A stretch of DNA of 64,000 bases from Macrostomum lignano (taxonomy: Eukaryota). The position numbers and the translations under genes are program-made. Below, piece by piece: positions 40,645-53,454 of this stretch. Positions within the stretch are counted from its first letter, which is position 1. Every line of letters starts with the position of its first letter. The notes below the pieces were generated by a model. That model worked only from the letters and a program-made list of their open reading frames with translations, made no database searches and was not told where the DNA came from. Location of the stretch: NCBI GenBank assembly GCA_002269645.1, contig NIVC01001711.1:62001-126000 (forward strand). The letters are read 5' to 3'.

Positions 40645-41080
40645 CAGGAAAGCTGGTGGCTTTGCCGACACGTTGAGTAAATAACTTTCTTGCCAGTTAT
40701 AGTGAGCCAAGAAGAGTTATGAGTAGGTTTGCCGATATGCTGAGTAAATAACTTTCTTGCCAGTTATAGTGAGCCTGTAGGTTTGCCGATATGTTGAGTA
40801 AATAACTCTCTTGCCAGCTATAGTGAGCCTGTAGGTTTGCCGATATGTTGAGTAAATAACTCTCTTGCCAGCTATAGTGAGCCTGTAGGTTTGCCGATAT
40901 GTTGAGTAAATAACTTTCTTGCCAGCTATAGTGAGCCTGTAGGTTTGCCGACACGTTGAGTAAATAACTCTCTTGCCAGCTATAGTGAGCCTGTAGGTTT
41001 GCCGATATGTTGAGTAAATAACTTTCTTGCCAGCTATAGTGACCCAGTAGGTTTGCCGATATGTTGAGCAAATAACTTCT
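40645..41080. repeat. 54-bp minisatellite
   Basis: Unit GTAGGTTTGCCGATATGTTGAGTAAATAACTCTCTTGCCAGCTATAGTGAGCCT. Confidence 0.9.
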
Positions 41081-41809
41081 CAGACTGGTTAATACTAAAT
41101 ATTAGACAGGTACCTCCTGATGTCGAAGAATTTCCAAAAACGCATCCGAATCTCTCACCAAAGCTCCCGGGTTCGAATCCCGGGTTTAAGGACCAGAAAT
41201 TCGAGTGCAGACGCACTCTCCTGTCTAGGCGAGTTCTGTCGTCAACCCCTAAAAGCCGCTGCAATCTGTTAATTAACTAATGGCATTGAACAAGTCAGTG
41301 GGCAGCCCAGACCCTCAGCTTGTCACGTTCGCGGGCACAAAAGCTACACAAATATGCATGCTTCATTTTCTAATTTCTTTAATAAAGGCTTAAAATAATT
41401 AACAAAATGCCCAAGAGTCAAGATTATTCATTTGCAGATAACTACATGTAAGTAAAGTTAGGTAAGTTAATTTAATCATACCTGTATCAATTTGGACACA
41501 ATACCAGATTATATGCAAGCAGCGAATATTACAAATGTGATGCGCTGAAAAGCTTGCAAAACGACCAGTGAACCCCATTTACAAGAAAATGCATTGTGCA
41601 GTATAAAACGCACAGGGACATACTAAGGACATGCAAAAATGCACTGCAATTATATGAAAAATAGGAATTATTCCAAACTGCTCTACTAGTATCAGTAGCA
41701 ATCAAAGCGTTCAATGCTAAAACGTACAAAATAAAGAAACAAATGAATTGAACAGTTTGGAAACGCAGAATAAAGTATAAAAAAATGTTTTGACATACGA
41801 GTAATTTAC

Positions 41810-41977
41810 GAAACATATCGTCAATTTATGGCTTACAAGGTTACTAACGCAACATATCGTCGATTTATGGCTTACGAAGTTAAGAACGCAACATATCGTC
41901 AATTTATAGCTTACAAACTTACTAACGCAACATATCGCCGATTTATGGCTTACGAAGTTACTTACGCAACATATCGT
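41810..41977. repeat. 39-bp tandem repeat, about 4 copies
   Basis: Unit ATTTATGGCTTACAAGGTTACTAACGCAACATATCGTCG, directly 3' of the BAP18 stop. Confidence 0.85.
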
Positions 41978-42000
41978 ACAGCTACAGACCAAGCCACAAA

Positions 42001-42726
42001 TTACAGAAGCTCATCAACATCATTGCTTTCAGAGTGAATATCATTAATAGAAGAAACTGTCCCAGCTTCCTTCTCCATCTCAGCCTGCTCAGTGCAGTCA
42101 TTCTGCAGCTCTTCCTCTTCCTTCACCGCCAGCTCATTCTCCAGGTCGGCGTCAACGCCAGCCAGCGGAGGCGGCGGCGGAGCCGGAGTGACGGCGGCGG
42201 CCCCAGCCTCATCTTCATCCGCTGCGTCATCGATTCCTCTCTCAACATCGTCGTCAGCATCGTCAGCAGCGGCGGCAGCGACATCCGCTTCGCTGCCGTT
42301 CTGACGCTCAGCAACATCCACTTCCTCCAGCTTCGGCAGTTTCACGTCCAAAGACGAGTCCTCCTCATCGACATCGTCAACATCGTCGGTGTTATTGACG
42401 CTGTCATCGGCTCCTCGTTTCAACGACTGCGGCGGCGACTTCAAGCTGGCCGGCTGACGGGGCGGCAGCAGCTGGGAGCGCCGGATCTGCGCCTTGATCT
42501 GGTGCACAGATTTTGTGCGCAGAGTCTCGGCAATGCGGGCCAAGTCGGTGTGGCCGTGCCGGGCCACGCAGTCGCGCAGCATCTGCAGCTCGGCGCTGGT
42601 CCACTTCAGCCGGCCGCTGCTGTCCTCGGCGGTCTGCAGGGCCAGCGTCGTCTGCTCGGCAAGGCGGCTGAATGCGGCACCGGCGAACAGAAACAGCTCG
42701 GAGACTGCGGCCGCGCCGGAGGTCAT
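42001..42726 (-). CDS. BAP18: BAP18 / BACC1 (C17orf49) homolog, SANT/Myb-like chromatin complex subunit, 241 aa
   Basis: N-terminus MTSGAAAVSELFLFAGAAFSRLAEQT...KWTSAELQMLRDCVARHG..DLARIAETLRTKSVHQIKAQIRR matches recalled human BAP18 MTSASTKVGEIFSAAGAAFTKLGELT...KWTETEIEMLRAAVKRFGDDLNHIS...KERTVAQIKATVKR. Single uninterrupted ORF ending TAA. Confidence 0.88.
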   Translation of the reverse strand: MTSGAAAVSELFLFAGAAFSRLAEQTTLALQTAEDSSGRLKWTSAELQMLRDCVARHGHTDLARIAETLRTKSVHQIKAQIRRSQLLPPRQPASLKSPPQSLKRGADDSVNNTDDVDDVDEEDSSLDVKLPKLEEVDVAERQNGSEADVAAAAADDADDDVERGIDDAADEDEAGAAAVTPAPPPPPLAGVDADLENELAVKEEEELQNDCTEQAEMEKEAGTVSSINDIHSESNDVDELL

Positions 42727-42844
42727 GATGGCGGATGACGGGGCTTGATGGAGCAAACAGGGGGATGCTGGGCACTAACTGGATCAGCTGCCGCTGAAAC
42801 AGGCGGGTTCAGGATGGACAGTAAGAATGAATACTTGCTATGCT

Positions 42845-43255
42845 TCTACTACTACTGATACTACTACTACTACTGCTGATACTACTACTACTACTACTGC
42901 TGATACTACTACTACTACTACTACTATTACAACAACTACTACTACTACTGATACTACTACTACTACTGCTGATACTACTACTACTACTGATACTACTACT
43001 ACTACTACTGATACTACTACTACTACTACTGATACTACTACTACTACTACTGATACTACTACTACTACTGATACTACTACTACTACTACTGATACTACTA
43101 CTACTACTACTGATACTACTACTACTACTACTACTGATACTACTACTACTACTACTGATACTACTACTACTACTACTACTGATAGTACTACTACTACTGA
43201 TATTACTACTATTACTACTACTACTACTACTACTACTATTACAACTACTACTAAA
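42845..43255. repeat. (TAC)n microsatellite with TGA interruptions
   Basis: Direct reading. Confidence 0.95.
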
Positions 43256-44214
43256 ACTCCTACCATAAAGTAGACTTTTCCATTAAAATCAGCACCAACT
43301 CTAGAAATGAAGCTCTGTGGACATAATAATTGCTTTAAAACTGTCTACTTGATTGTATTTTTTAAACAGAGAGAGAAGAGCCTTGAACAACTTGGCTTGG
43401 CTTGCATTCTTGCAATTTGCGTGGTCGGTCTTTTCCTATTGAATGCATTGAGAGTGGCCTTCTAGGGAATATAAAATCTATGCTACTAACACTATGAGTA
43501 CTGAAAAAATATACTACTTATGCTACTGTATACTAGCTTACTACAGCACTATAAAGGAGAAAATCAGGGGTAAAGCAGAATACCGCAGGTGAAGAGGAGA
43601 CAATTATATTTATACAATTAGCAAATATGTATTCATGGCATCAGCTTTTGTCTTGCACAGAAGTTTTTCAGTCAAATTCTTAAAAAATAGAGAATAGAGA
43701 TAAGCTACTTTGAGTAATAATTAATGAAAACTTTCTAATTAAAACAGGAAAATACAGCGGAAAAGTTGGGACGGAAATTACTAAATATAATTATTTAAAA
43801 AGCTTTGGAATGAGCATTAAATTAAGAATATTTTTGCGATAAACTATTCACTGCCAATACACAGCGCATTGCAGAACCAGTCTGCCCCTACAGTTCAAAC
43901 AAATTTTTATCAAACAATTTGATACTACTTGTTAGTTAGTAGTATGGGCTTATGCTCATTGCAGCAATATAAAAATAACTAGATGTACTTTTATTATTAA
44001 GGCAAATATCGAGTAACTACAAGTTGTTGAATAAGAAAATACAAAAAATGAAGCAAACAGAACAGCTAACAATTTCGCTAGTGACTACTCGAACTGGTCG
44101 AGCAGTAGATAGTGGCGAAACTATGTAGGAAAATAAAATAAAACTGCTAATATTGTTATACAAACATTCAATGTTCAAGTTATATCAAGGACGGAATAAA
44201 AATTTGCAAGTTAG

Positions 44215-45945
44215 TGAGATGGTTATCAAATTGGTCAGACCAATCTGGCAATGCTCAGTTATCGATCTATTATCAGATTGGTCAGACCAATCTGGCAATG
44301 CTCAGTTATCGATCTATGATCAAATTGGTCAGACCAATCTGGCAATGCTCACTTATCGATCTATGATCTAATAGGTCAGACCAATCTGGCAGTTATCGAT
44401 CTATTATCAAATTGGTCAGACCAATCTGGCAGTTATCGATCTATGATCAAATTGGTCAGACCAATCTGGCAGTTATCGATCTATGATCAAATTGGTCAGA
44501 CCAATCTGGCAATGCTCAGTTATCGATCTATGATCAAATTGGTTAGACCAATCTGGCAATGCTCAGTTATCGATCTATGATCAAATTGGTCAGACCAATC
44601 TGGCAATGCTCAGTTATCGATCTATTATGAAATTGGTCAGACCAATCTGGCAATGCTCAGTTATCGATCTATTATGAAATTGGTCAGACCAATCTGGCAA
44701 TGCTCAGTTATCGATCTATTATGAAATTGGTCAGACCAATCTGGCAATGCTCAGTTATCGATCTATTATGAAATTGGTCAGACCAATCTGGCAATGCTCA
44801 GTTATCGATCTATTATGAAATTGGTCAGACCAATCTGGCAATGCTCAGTTATCGATCTATTATCAAATTGGTCAGACCAATCTGGCAATGCTCAGTTATC
44901 GATCTATTATCAAATTGGTCAGACCAATCTGGCAATGCACAGTTATCGATCTATTATGAAATTGGTCAGACCAATCTGGCAATGCTCAGTTATCGATCTA
45001 TTATCAAATTGGTCAGACCAATCTGGCAATGCTCAGTTATCGATCTATTATCAAATTGGTCAGACCAATCTGGCAATGCTCAGTTATCGATCTATGATCA
45101 AATTGGTCAGACCAATCTGGCAATGCTCAGTTATCGATCTATGATCAAATTGGTTAGACCAATCTGGCAATGCTCAGTTATCGATCTATTATCAAATTGG
45201 TCAGACCAATCTGGCAATGCTCACTTATCGATCTATGATCTAATAGGTCAGACCAATCTGGCAGTTATCGATCTATGATCAAATTGGTCAGACCAATCTG
45301 GCAGTTATCGATCTATGATCAAATTGGTCAGACCAATCTGGCAGTTATCGATCTATGATCAAATTGGTCAGACCAAACTGGCAATGCTCAGCTATCGATC
45401 TATGATCAAATTGGTTAGACCAATCTGGCAATGCTCAGTTATCGATCTATTATGAAATTGGTCAGACCAATCTGGCAATGCTCAGTTATCGATCTATTAT
45501 CAAATTGGTCAGACCAATCTGGCAATGCTCAGTTATCGATCTATGATCAAATTGGTTAGACCAATCTGGCAATGCTCAGTTATCGATCTATTATGAAATT
45601 GGTCAGACCAATCTGGCAATGCTCAGTTATCGATCTATGATCAAATTGGTCAGACCAATCTGGCAGTTATCGATCTATGATCAAATTGGTCAGACCAATC
45701 TGGCAGTTATCGATCTATGATCAAATTGGTCAGACCAATCTGGCAATGCTCAGTTATCGATCTATGATCAAATTGGTTAGACCAATCTGGCAATGCTCAG
45801 TTATCGATCTATTATGAAATTGGTCAGACCAATCTGGCAATGCTCAGTTATCGATCTATGATCAAATAGGTCAGACCAATCTGGCAATGCTCAGTTATCG
45901 ATCTATTATCAAATTGGTCAGACCAATCTGGCAATGCTCAGATTT
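44215..45945. repeat. 47-bp minisatellite (40-bp variant)
   Basis: Unit ATCAAATTGGTCAGACCAATCTGGCAATGCTCAGTTATCGATCTATG with the perfect dyad ATTGGTC-A-GACCAAT. Confidence 0.95.
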
Positions 45946-46037
45946 CAACCTAATTTCATACCAAATTAATATTTATGACTACAATAGATTTGCAAAGCAA
46001 TAAACCAAGGAATCAGTCAGTCGCTAAGGCATCCTGT

Positions 46038-46110
46038 TCATTCCTGCTGACTGTGCCGGGCACCTGACGGACTGTAGGGTCGCTGCTGACGTGGTGTTGG
46101 CGAAGTGTTG
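46038..46110 (-). CDS. CEP135: candidate alternative terminal exon of CEP135
   Basis: Strong T-rich acceptor ending ...TATTTGCAG at 46111. In phase 2 with donor 48056 it encodes SNTSPTPRQQRPYSPSGARHSQQE-stop. Confidence 0.4.
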
Positions 46111-46512
46111 CTGCAAATATATGAAAAATAAAATTAGTATATTAAACAAACTGTAATTCTGCCGTTGAACAGACTGTAAAAGCACAGATATACAGACAAT
46201 AAATGAAGGCATTAAAGATGTCTAGCTACATAGCCAGTGTCATCATATTGTTGCGGGATTTTAGATTACCGCGTGCAAACACAATAAATATAGAATGTGA
46301 TTTGAACAAAGAGTGAATGACGATTCAAATTTTAATAAAGACTGACGTGAACAACAGCCACCTGGATCCACCAAGCAGCTAAAAACCTTGTACGGTTGTA
46401 CGAGCGTAAGGGGCAAGTATCACAACAAAAATATCACAGACTAGATACCGATATTCTAGATTATGATCTCTAATTTAGATGCCAAACATCAAGTGGTTAA
46501 TCCTTGATCTCA

Positions 46513-47050
46513 TAGCCAGATCCCAGATCCCAGATCCTAGATCCCAGATAACAGATCCCAGATCCTAGATCCTAGATCCTATATCCCAGATCCTAGGTCC
46601 CAGATCCTAGATCCCAGATCCTAGGTCCCAGATCCTAGATCCCAGATCCTAGATCCCAGATCCTAGATCCTAGATCCCAGATCCTAGATCCCAGATCCTA
46701 GATCCCAGATCCTAGATCCCAGATCCTAGATCCTAGATCCCAGATCCTAGGTCCCAGATCCTAGATCCCAGATCCTAGATCCCAGATCCTAGATCCTAGA
46801 TCCCAGATCCTAGATCCCAGATCCTAGAGCCCAGGTCCCAGATCCTAGATCCCAGATCCTAGATCCCAGATCCTAGATCCCAGATCCTAGATCCCAGATC
46901 CTATATCCCAGATCCTAGGTCCCAGATCCTAGATCCCAGATCCTAGGTCCCAGATCCTAGATCCCAGATCCCAAATCCTAGGTCCGAGATCCTAGATCCC
47001 AGATTCCAGATTCCAGATCCTAGATCCCAAATCCTAGGTCCCAGATCTGA
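46513..47050. repeat. (CCCAGATCCTAGAT)n, the GGATCT satellite in opposite orientation
   Basis: Reverse complement of the 14488-21604 satellite, including the GGGACCTAGG and GGGCTCTAGG variants. Confidence 0.93.
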
Positions 47051-47183
47051 GACATTTAGCACAGCGACATGGACAGTGACAATGGCACGGTGACTCAGCA
47101 GCACAAGGAATTGAACTACAATAAAGTAGACCTTGCGAAAGCGGCTTATCGGCCAACCTACAAGAGCTCTAGATAGCAGAGTC

Positions 47184-50100
47184 TCAATTGGAGCCTAACC
47201 GAGACTGCCCCTGAGCAGTTCGACGCCTGTGAGAAGTGACGGTGGAGGTGGTGTAGCTGCTCAAGACGCGACTGCCGCCTCCACCGACAACTCCTGCGTC
47301 AGACTGATGGTGCTGGTGATGCTGATGATGATGCAGCAGTTTGCTGCTTCTCGACGTTGGTGACATTTGTTGATGCTGGTGCTGATGGATGCTGCTTGAT
47401 GGAGAAGCTAAAGCATCCACTGCAGACACATCCCTGTTTATTGGTTTATTGTTTAGGGGAATCGATGGGGGCTGGGTGTCTGGCTAGAGATAGGCGATTA
47501 GTAATAGTAATAAAAAACTGTGCCTGGCCACATACTATTTAGAGTCAATTAGTGCCTGGCCATAGATTATTTAGAGTCAATTAGTGCCTGGCCATAGATG
47601 ATTTAGAGTCAGTTAGTGCCTGGCCATAGATGATTTAGAGTCAGTTAGTGCCTGGCCATAGATGATTTAGAGTCAGTTAGTGCCTGGCCATAGATGATTT
47701 AGAGTCAGTTAGTGCCTGGCCATAGATGATTTAGAGTCAGTTAGTGCCTGGCCATAGATTATTTAGAGTCAATTAGTGCCTGGCCATAGATAATTTAGAG
47801 TCAGTTAGTGCTTGACCATAGACTATTTATAGTTATTTAGTGCCCGGCCATAGATTATTTAGAGTCAGTTGGTGCCTGACCATAGACTATTTATAGTTAA
47901 TTAGTGCCTGGCCATAGACTATTTATAGTCAATTAGTGCCTGGCCATAGATTATTCAGAGTAAATATAAAATAGGCCATAGATAATGTGGATCACGGATC
48001 AGCTCATAAATTAGTTATTAACACTGCTAATATTAACTGGATATATATAAAATTACCTTCGAGAATCGCTTCTGTACAATCCAGCTGAGTTGGCCGCCTG
48101 GGCAGCGCCGTACAGGGCGCCCGTAGATGAAGAAGCTGCTAAGCCGCTCCCGCCGCCTCCGCCACCGCCCGCTCCGCCGCCGCCAGTTCGTCGCAGCTCG
48201 GCGGCCAGACGTTCGCGTTCGAATCTTTCCGAAGCCAGCTGCCTTGTGAGACGTTCGACATCCGATTCTAGCTCGGAGTTGCGCGAGCGGAATCTGAGAG
48301 AGAGAGCGTGTGGGACTGGGACTTGGCTGGGGAGATACTATGAAAAACTAAGGATGTCAGATGGAGATTCTTGAAGGGGTCAGATGGAGATTCTTGAAGG
48401 GGTCAGATGGAGATTCTTGAAGGGGTCAGAGGGCGATTCTCGAGGGAGTCAGAGGGCGATTTTTGAAGAGTCACAGGGCGATTTTTGAACGGGGTCAGAT
48501 GGCGTTTATTGAAGGGGATCAGAGGGCGTTTCTTGAAGGGGGTCAGAGGGCGATTCTTGAAGGGGGTCAGATGGCGATTCTTGAAGGGGGTCAGATGGCG
48601 ATTCTTGAAGGGGGTCAGATAGCGATTCTTGAAGGTCAGATGGCGATTCTTAAAGGGAGTCAGAGGGCGATTCTGTACAACCGACCTGGCCAGATCCCGC
48701 CCAAGCTGCTCCAGCTTGGTGTCGCTCAGTTCCAGGCGCTCCCGCAGCATGGCCAGCTCGGCTTGCCTCTCCTGCGCCTCCAGCTGAGTCTGGAATTCTT
48801 TCTCCCTGCTAGCGCTGAGCACAGTCTCAAGGCTCTTCTTGGCGTCAGACTCGGCAGCCAGCTGCTCCCTGAGCAGGTCGGCTTCGTGCTGAAGCTCGTC
48901 CACCTGTCCGGCCAGCTGCTCAGTGTCCAGAGCTTTGCTAGTGAGCTGACGCTGCACGCTGTCCTTGCTGGACTCGAGGCGGGCGCAGAGGTCGCGCAGG
49001 GCGGCGAGATCCTTCATGGTTTCGGCTCGCTCCAGCTCCTGCTGACGGAGCGAGTCTTCCAGGTCCGACACTGAGCGGGTGAGGTTGGACAGCTGAGGGA
49101 GGGGGGAGAAAGAGGGAAAGGATGGGAATTACAGGCTTTAGGTTTTTGAGTAACGTTTCAATGAACTATATTTTCTGAGTCTATAGTCCATGTATTTAAT
49201 TCTGATTTTTTTTATTCAGAATCTTAAATCGTACCGTATATCTCGAATCTCGCTTTATAAATACTGAATCTTGAATCCCACTTCTAGAATCTTAAATCCT
49301 TGATCCTTAATCCCGTCCCAAATCCTTAATCCTGTATACTTAATCCCGTCCTGAATCCTTAATCTCGACTCCGGAATTTCAAATCTTTAATCCCGAATCC
49401 CATCCTTGATCTCTAATCACATCCCAAATCCAGAATCCCCAATCAAAATCATAAATCCTGAATCCCCAATCAAAATCATAAATCCTGAATCCCCAATCAA
49501 GATCCCGAATCCTGAATCCCCAATCAAAATCATAAATCCTAAATCCCCAATCAAAATCCCAAATCCTAAATCCCCAATCAAAATCCCAAATCCAGAATCC
49601 CCAATCAAAACCCCAAATTCTGAATCCCCAATCAAAATCCCAAATCCAGAATCCCCAATCAAAATCCCGAATCCTAAATCCCCAATCAAAATCCCAAATT
49701 CAGAATCCCCAATCAAAATCCCGAATCCTAAATCCCCAATCAAAATCCCAAATCCAGAATCCCCAATCAAAACCCCAAATTCTGAATCCCCAATCAAAAT
49801 CCCCAATCAAAATCCCAAATCCTAAATCCCCAATCAAAATCCCAAATCCAGAATCCCCAATCAAAATCCCGAATCCTAAATCCCCAATCAAAATCCCGAA
49901 TCCAGAATCCCCAATCAAAATCCCAAATCCAGAATCCCCAATCAAAATCCCGAATCCTAAATCCCCAATCAAAATCCCAAATCCAGAATCCCCAATCAAA
50001 ATCCCGAATCCTAAATCCCCAATCAAAATCCCAAATCCAGAATCCCCAATCAAAATCCCGAATCCTAAATCCCCAATCAAAATCCCGAATCCAGAATCCC

Positions 50101-53100
50101 CAATCAAAGTCCTGATTCCCTAATCCCCAATCCTAAATGCCTAATTCCTAATCTCAAAAATCCTCAAATCTCAGTTTCATAACCCAAATCTTTAATGCAG
50201 CCTTCCAAGTCCTTAAAAAATCAGAGTCCCCAAACTTCAAATCGTACCTGCAGTTCATAAGCTGACGCGGTGTGCCGGCAGTCTCTCAGGTCGGCCTCAG
50301 CCTGCTCCAGACGCTCCTTTAACCGTTTGCAGTCAGCCTCCTTGGCGGCCAGCTCCAGCCGCAGGCTGCTGCCCTCGGACTCGAGCTGGTGGGCGTCGGC
50401 CTGGAACCTGTCAGACTCGCTAGACAGCTGGCGGTACTGCTCCAGCAGGTCTGCCCGCTCCTGCTCCTTCTGGCCGAGCAGCTCCTCGACTCGACGCACC
50501 TCGGCCAGGTAGTCCTGCGCCTTGGACTTGAACTGCTCCCGCTCCTGGGCCGTGTCCTGAATCTCCGACTGCAGGCTGGCGTTTTCGCGGGTCACGACCT
50601 GGCGTTGAGGCATTGAGCATAAATGCGTCACATAAAAATGAAATTTTAGGCAAGCGAAGCATGCATAGCAGTTGACACCAAGGTCTGTGAATATGGAATC
50701 ATAACCTGTACAAGAAACCTAAATCAGTAAAGGACACACTGAGATCAGTACGAGAAACACACTAAAATCAGTACAAGAACACACTTAAATTAGTACAAGA
50801 ACACACTTAAATCTGTACAAGAACACACTTAAATCTGTACAAGAACACACTTAAATCTGTACAAGAACACACTTAAATCTGTACAAAAACCACACTTAAA
50901 TCTGTACAAGAACACACTTAAATCTGTACAAAAACCACACTTAAATCTGTACAAGAACACAATTAAATCTGTACAAGAACACACTAAAATCTGTACAAGA
51001 ACACACTAAAATCTGTACAAGAAAACACTTAAATCTGTACAAGAACACGCTAAAAAATCTGTAAAAGAACACACTTAAATCAGTACAAGAAATCTAAATC
51101 TACAGTGTACAAAGAAAGCACCTAGATCTGTACTACAAATAACTAAAACGCACAAGAATCCAATATCTGTACAAGACTGCCACAAATATCAGTACAAATA
51201 TTTGCATGGACGCCAGCTGCACCAGCACCCACCTGCAAGTCGTCCTGCAGCCTGGCGACATCCCTCTGCAGGCAGTCGGCCCGGTGCCGCTCGCTGGCCA
51301 GCTCAGCCTGGGCGGTCTCGCTCGCCTTCCGCACCTGCCGCAGCTCCTGCTCCCTGTTGCCCAGCTGGTCCTGGGCCCGGCCGAGCTGGTATTCGGCGTG
51401 GTGCAGCTGGGCGCGCAGATCGGCGGTCAGCGCCTCCTTGGCTTTGGCCTCCTCTTCGGCGGCGCGCAACCGATCGGCGCGCTCTTGCAGCGCGCCCTCC
51501 AAGCTGTCCTTCTCGTAGTCCAAGTTGTTGATGCCAGCGCGCAATTGGGCCTGCTCGTCGCGTAGAGACTTCACCTCGCGGTCCAGACAGATGCAGCGGT
51601 CCTGGGTATGTTAGGGGAAGTAAATTTAATTCACATCTATAGATGCATGCGAGTCATGGGCTATTAAAACTATAGAGCTTCTTACTGGGTACTACTATTT
51701 CCGGTATAAATACTTATTTTGAATGAATTATTGTAGATTAGCACAATTTCCGGTTTAGTCTGAGTTTGGATGAGCACTACTTCCGGTTTAGTCTGATTTT
51801 GGATGAGCACTACTTCCGGTTTAGTCTGAGTTTGGATGAGCACTACTTCCGGTTTAGTCTGAGTTTGGATGAGCACTACTTCCGGTTTATTCTAAATTTG
51901 GATTAGCACTACTTCCGGTTTATTCTAAATTTGGATTAGCACTACTTCCTATTCATTCTTAATTTGGATTAGCACTACTTCCGGTTCATTCTTAATTTGG
52001 ATTAGCACTACTTCCTATTCATTCTTAATTTGGATTAGCACTACTTCCTATTCATTCTTAATTTGGATTAGCACTACTTCCTATTCATTCTTAATTTGGA
52101 TTAGCACTACTTCCTATTCATTCTTAATTTGGATTAGCACTACTTCCGGTTCATTCTTAATTTGGATTAGCACTACTTCCGGTTCATTCTTAATTTGGAT
52201 TAGCACTACTTCCTATTCATTCTTAATTTGGATGAGCACTACTTCCGGTTCATTCTTAATTTGGATTAGCACTACTTCCGGTTCATTCTTAATTTGGATT
52301 AGCACTACTTCCGGTTCATTCTTAATTTGGATTAGCACTACTTCCGGTTCATTCTTAATTTGGATTAGCACTACTTCCTATTCATTCTTAATTTGGATTA
52401 GCACTACTTCCGGTTCATTCTTAATTTGGATTAGCACTACTTCCTATTCATTCTTAATTTGGATTAGCACTACTTCCTATTCATTCTTAATTTGGATTAG
52501 CACTACTTCCTATTCATTCTTAATTTGGATTAGCACTACTTCCTATTCATTCTTAATTTGGATTAGCACTACTTCCGGTTCATTCTTAATTTGGATTAGC
52601 ACTACTTCCGGTTCATTCTTAATTTGGATTAGCACTACTTCCTATTCATTCTTAATTTGGATTAGCACTACTTCCGGTTCATTCTTAATTTGGATGAGCA
52701 CTACTTCCTATTCATTCTTAATTTGGATTAGCACTACTTCCGGTTCATTCTTAATTTGGATTAGCACTACTTCCTATTCATTCTTAATTTGGATTAGCAC
52801 TACTTCCTATTCATTCTTAATTTGGATTAGCACTACTTCCGGTTTATTCTAAATTTGGATTAGCACTACTTCCGGTTCATTCTTCATTTGGATTAGCACT
52901 ACTTCCGGTTTATTCTTAATTTGGATTAGGACTACTTCCGGTTTATTCTTAATTTGGATTAGCACTACTTCCGGTTTATTCTTAATTTGGATTAGGACTA
53001 CTTCCGGTTTATTCTAAATTTGGATGAGCACTACTTTGGTTTATTCTTAATTTGGATTAGCACTACTTTCGGTTTATTCTTAATTTGGATTAGGACTACT

Positions 53101-53411
53101 TCCGGTTTATTCTAAATTTGGATGAGCACTACTTTGGTTTATTCTTAATTTGGATTAGCACTACTTTCGGTTTATTTATTCTATCTTGTCTTGAACTATC
53201 ACTACTTCCGGTTGGATATTGCTTGAGTTATCACAACCTCTGGCTTGATAAAACTTCAATTACTAGTGGGGATCGAACCTCATGCAGACAGACAACCACC
53301 TGTTTGCCTTCATCAGTCAGCCATAGCAACAGGCCTTCCTCTCCCACCACTCTCAGTGTGCACAGACGTTTCTTTTATGAAGACATTTTTGTCTATTTGG
53401 AGACTTTACAT

Positions 53412-53454
<43 letters not shown>

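Noticed and set aside
41150-41190. B-box hairpin CCCGGGTTCGAATCCCGGG suggesting a tRNA gene
   Set aside because: No A-box or acceptor stem upstream. At most a decayed SINE fragment. The heads at 37775-37850 and 53680-53748 are likewise not intact tRNAs.
53316-53330. Second X-box-like motif GTCAGCCATAGCAAC
   Set aside because: Only one good half-site with wrong spacing, and it lies in degenerate sequence next to a SINE.
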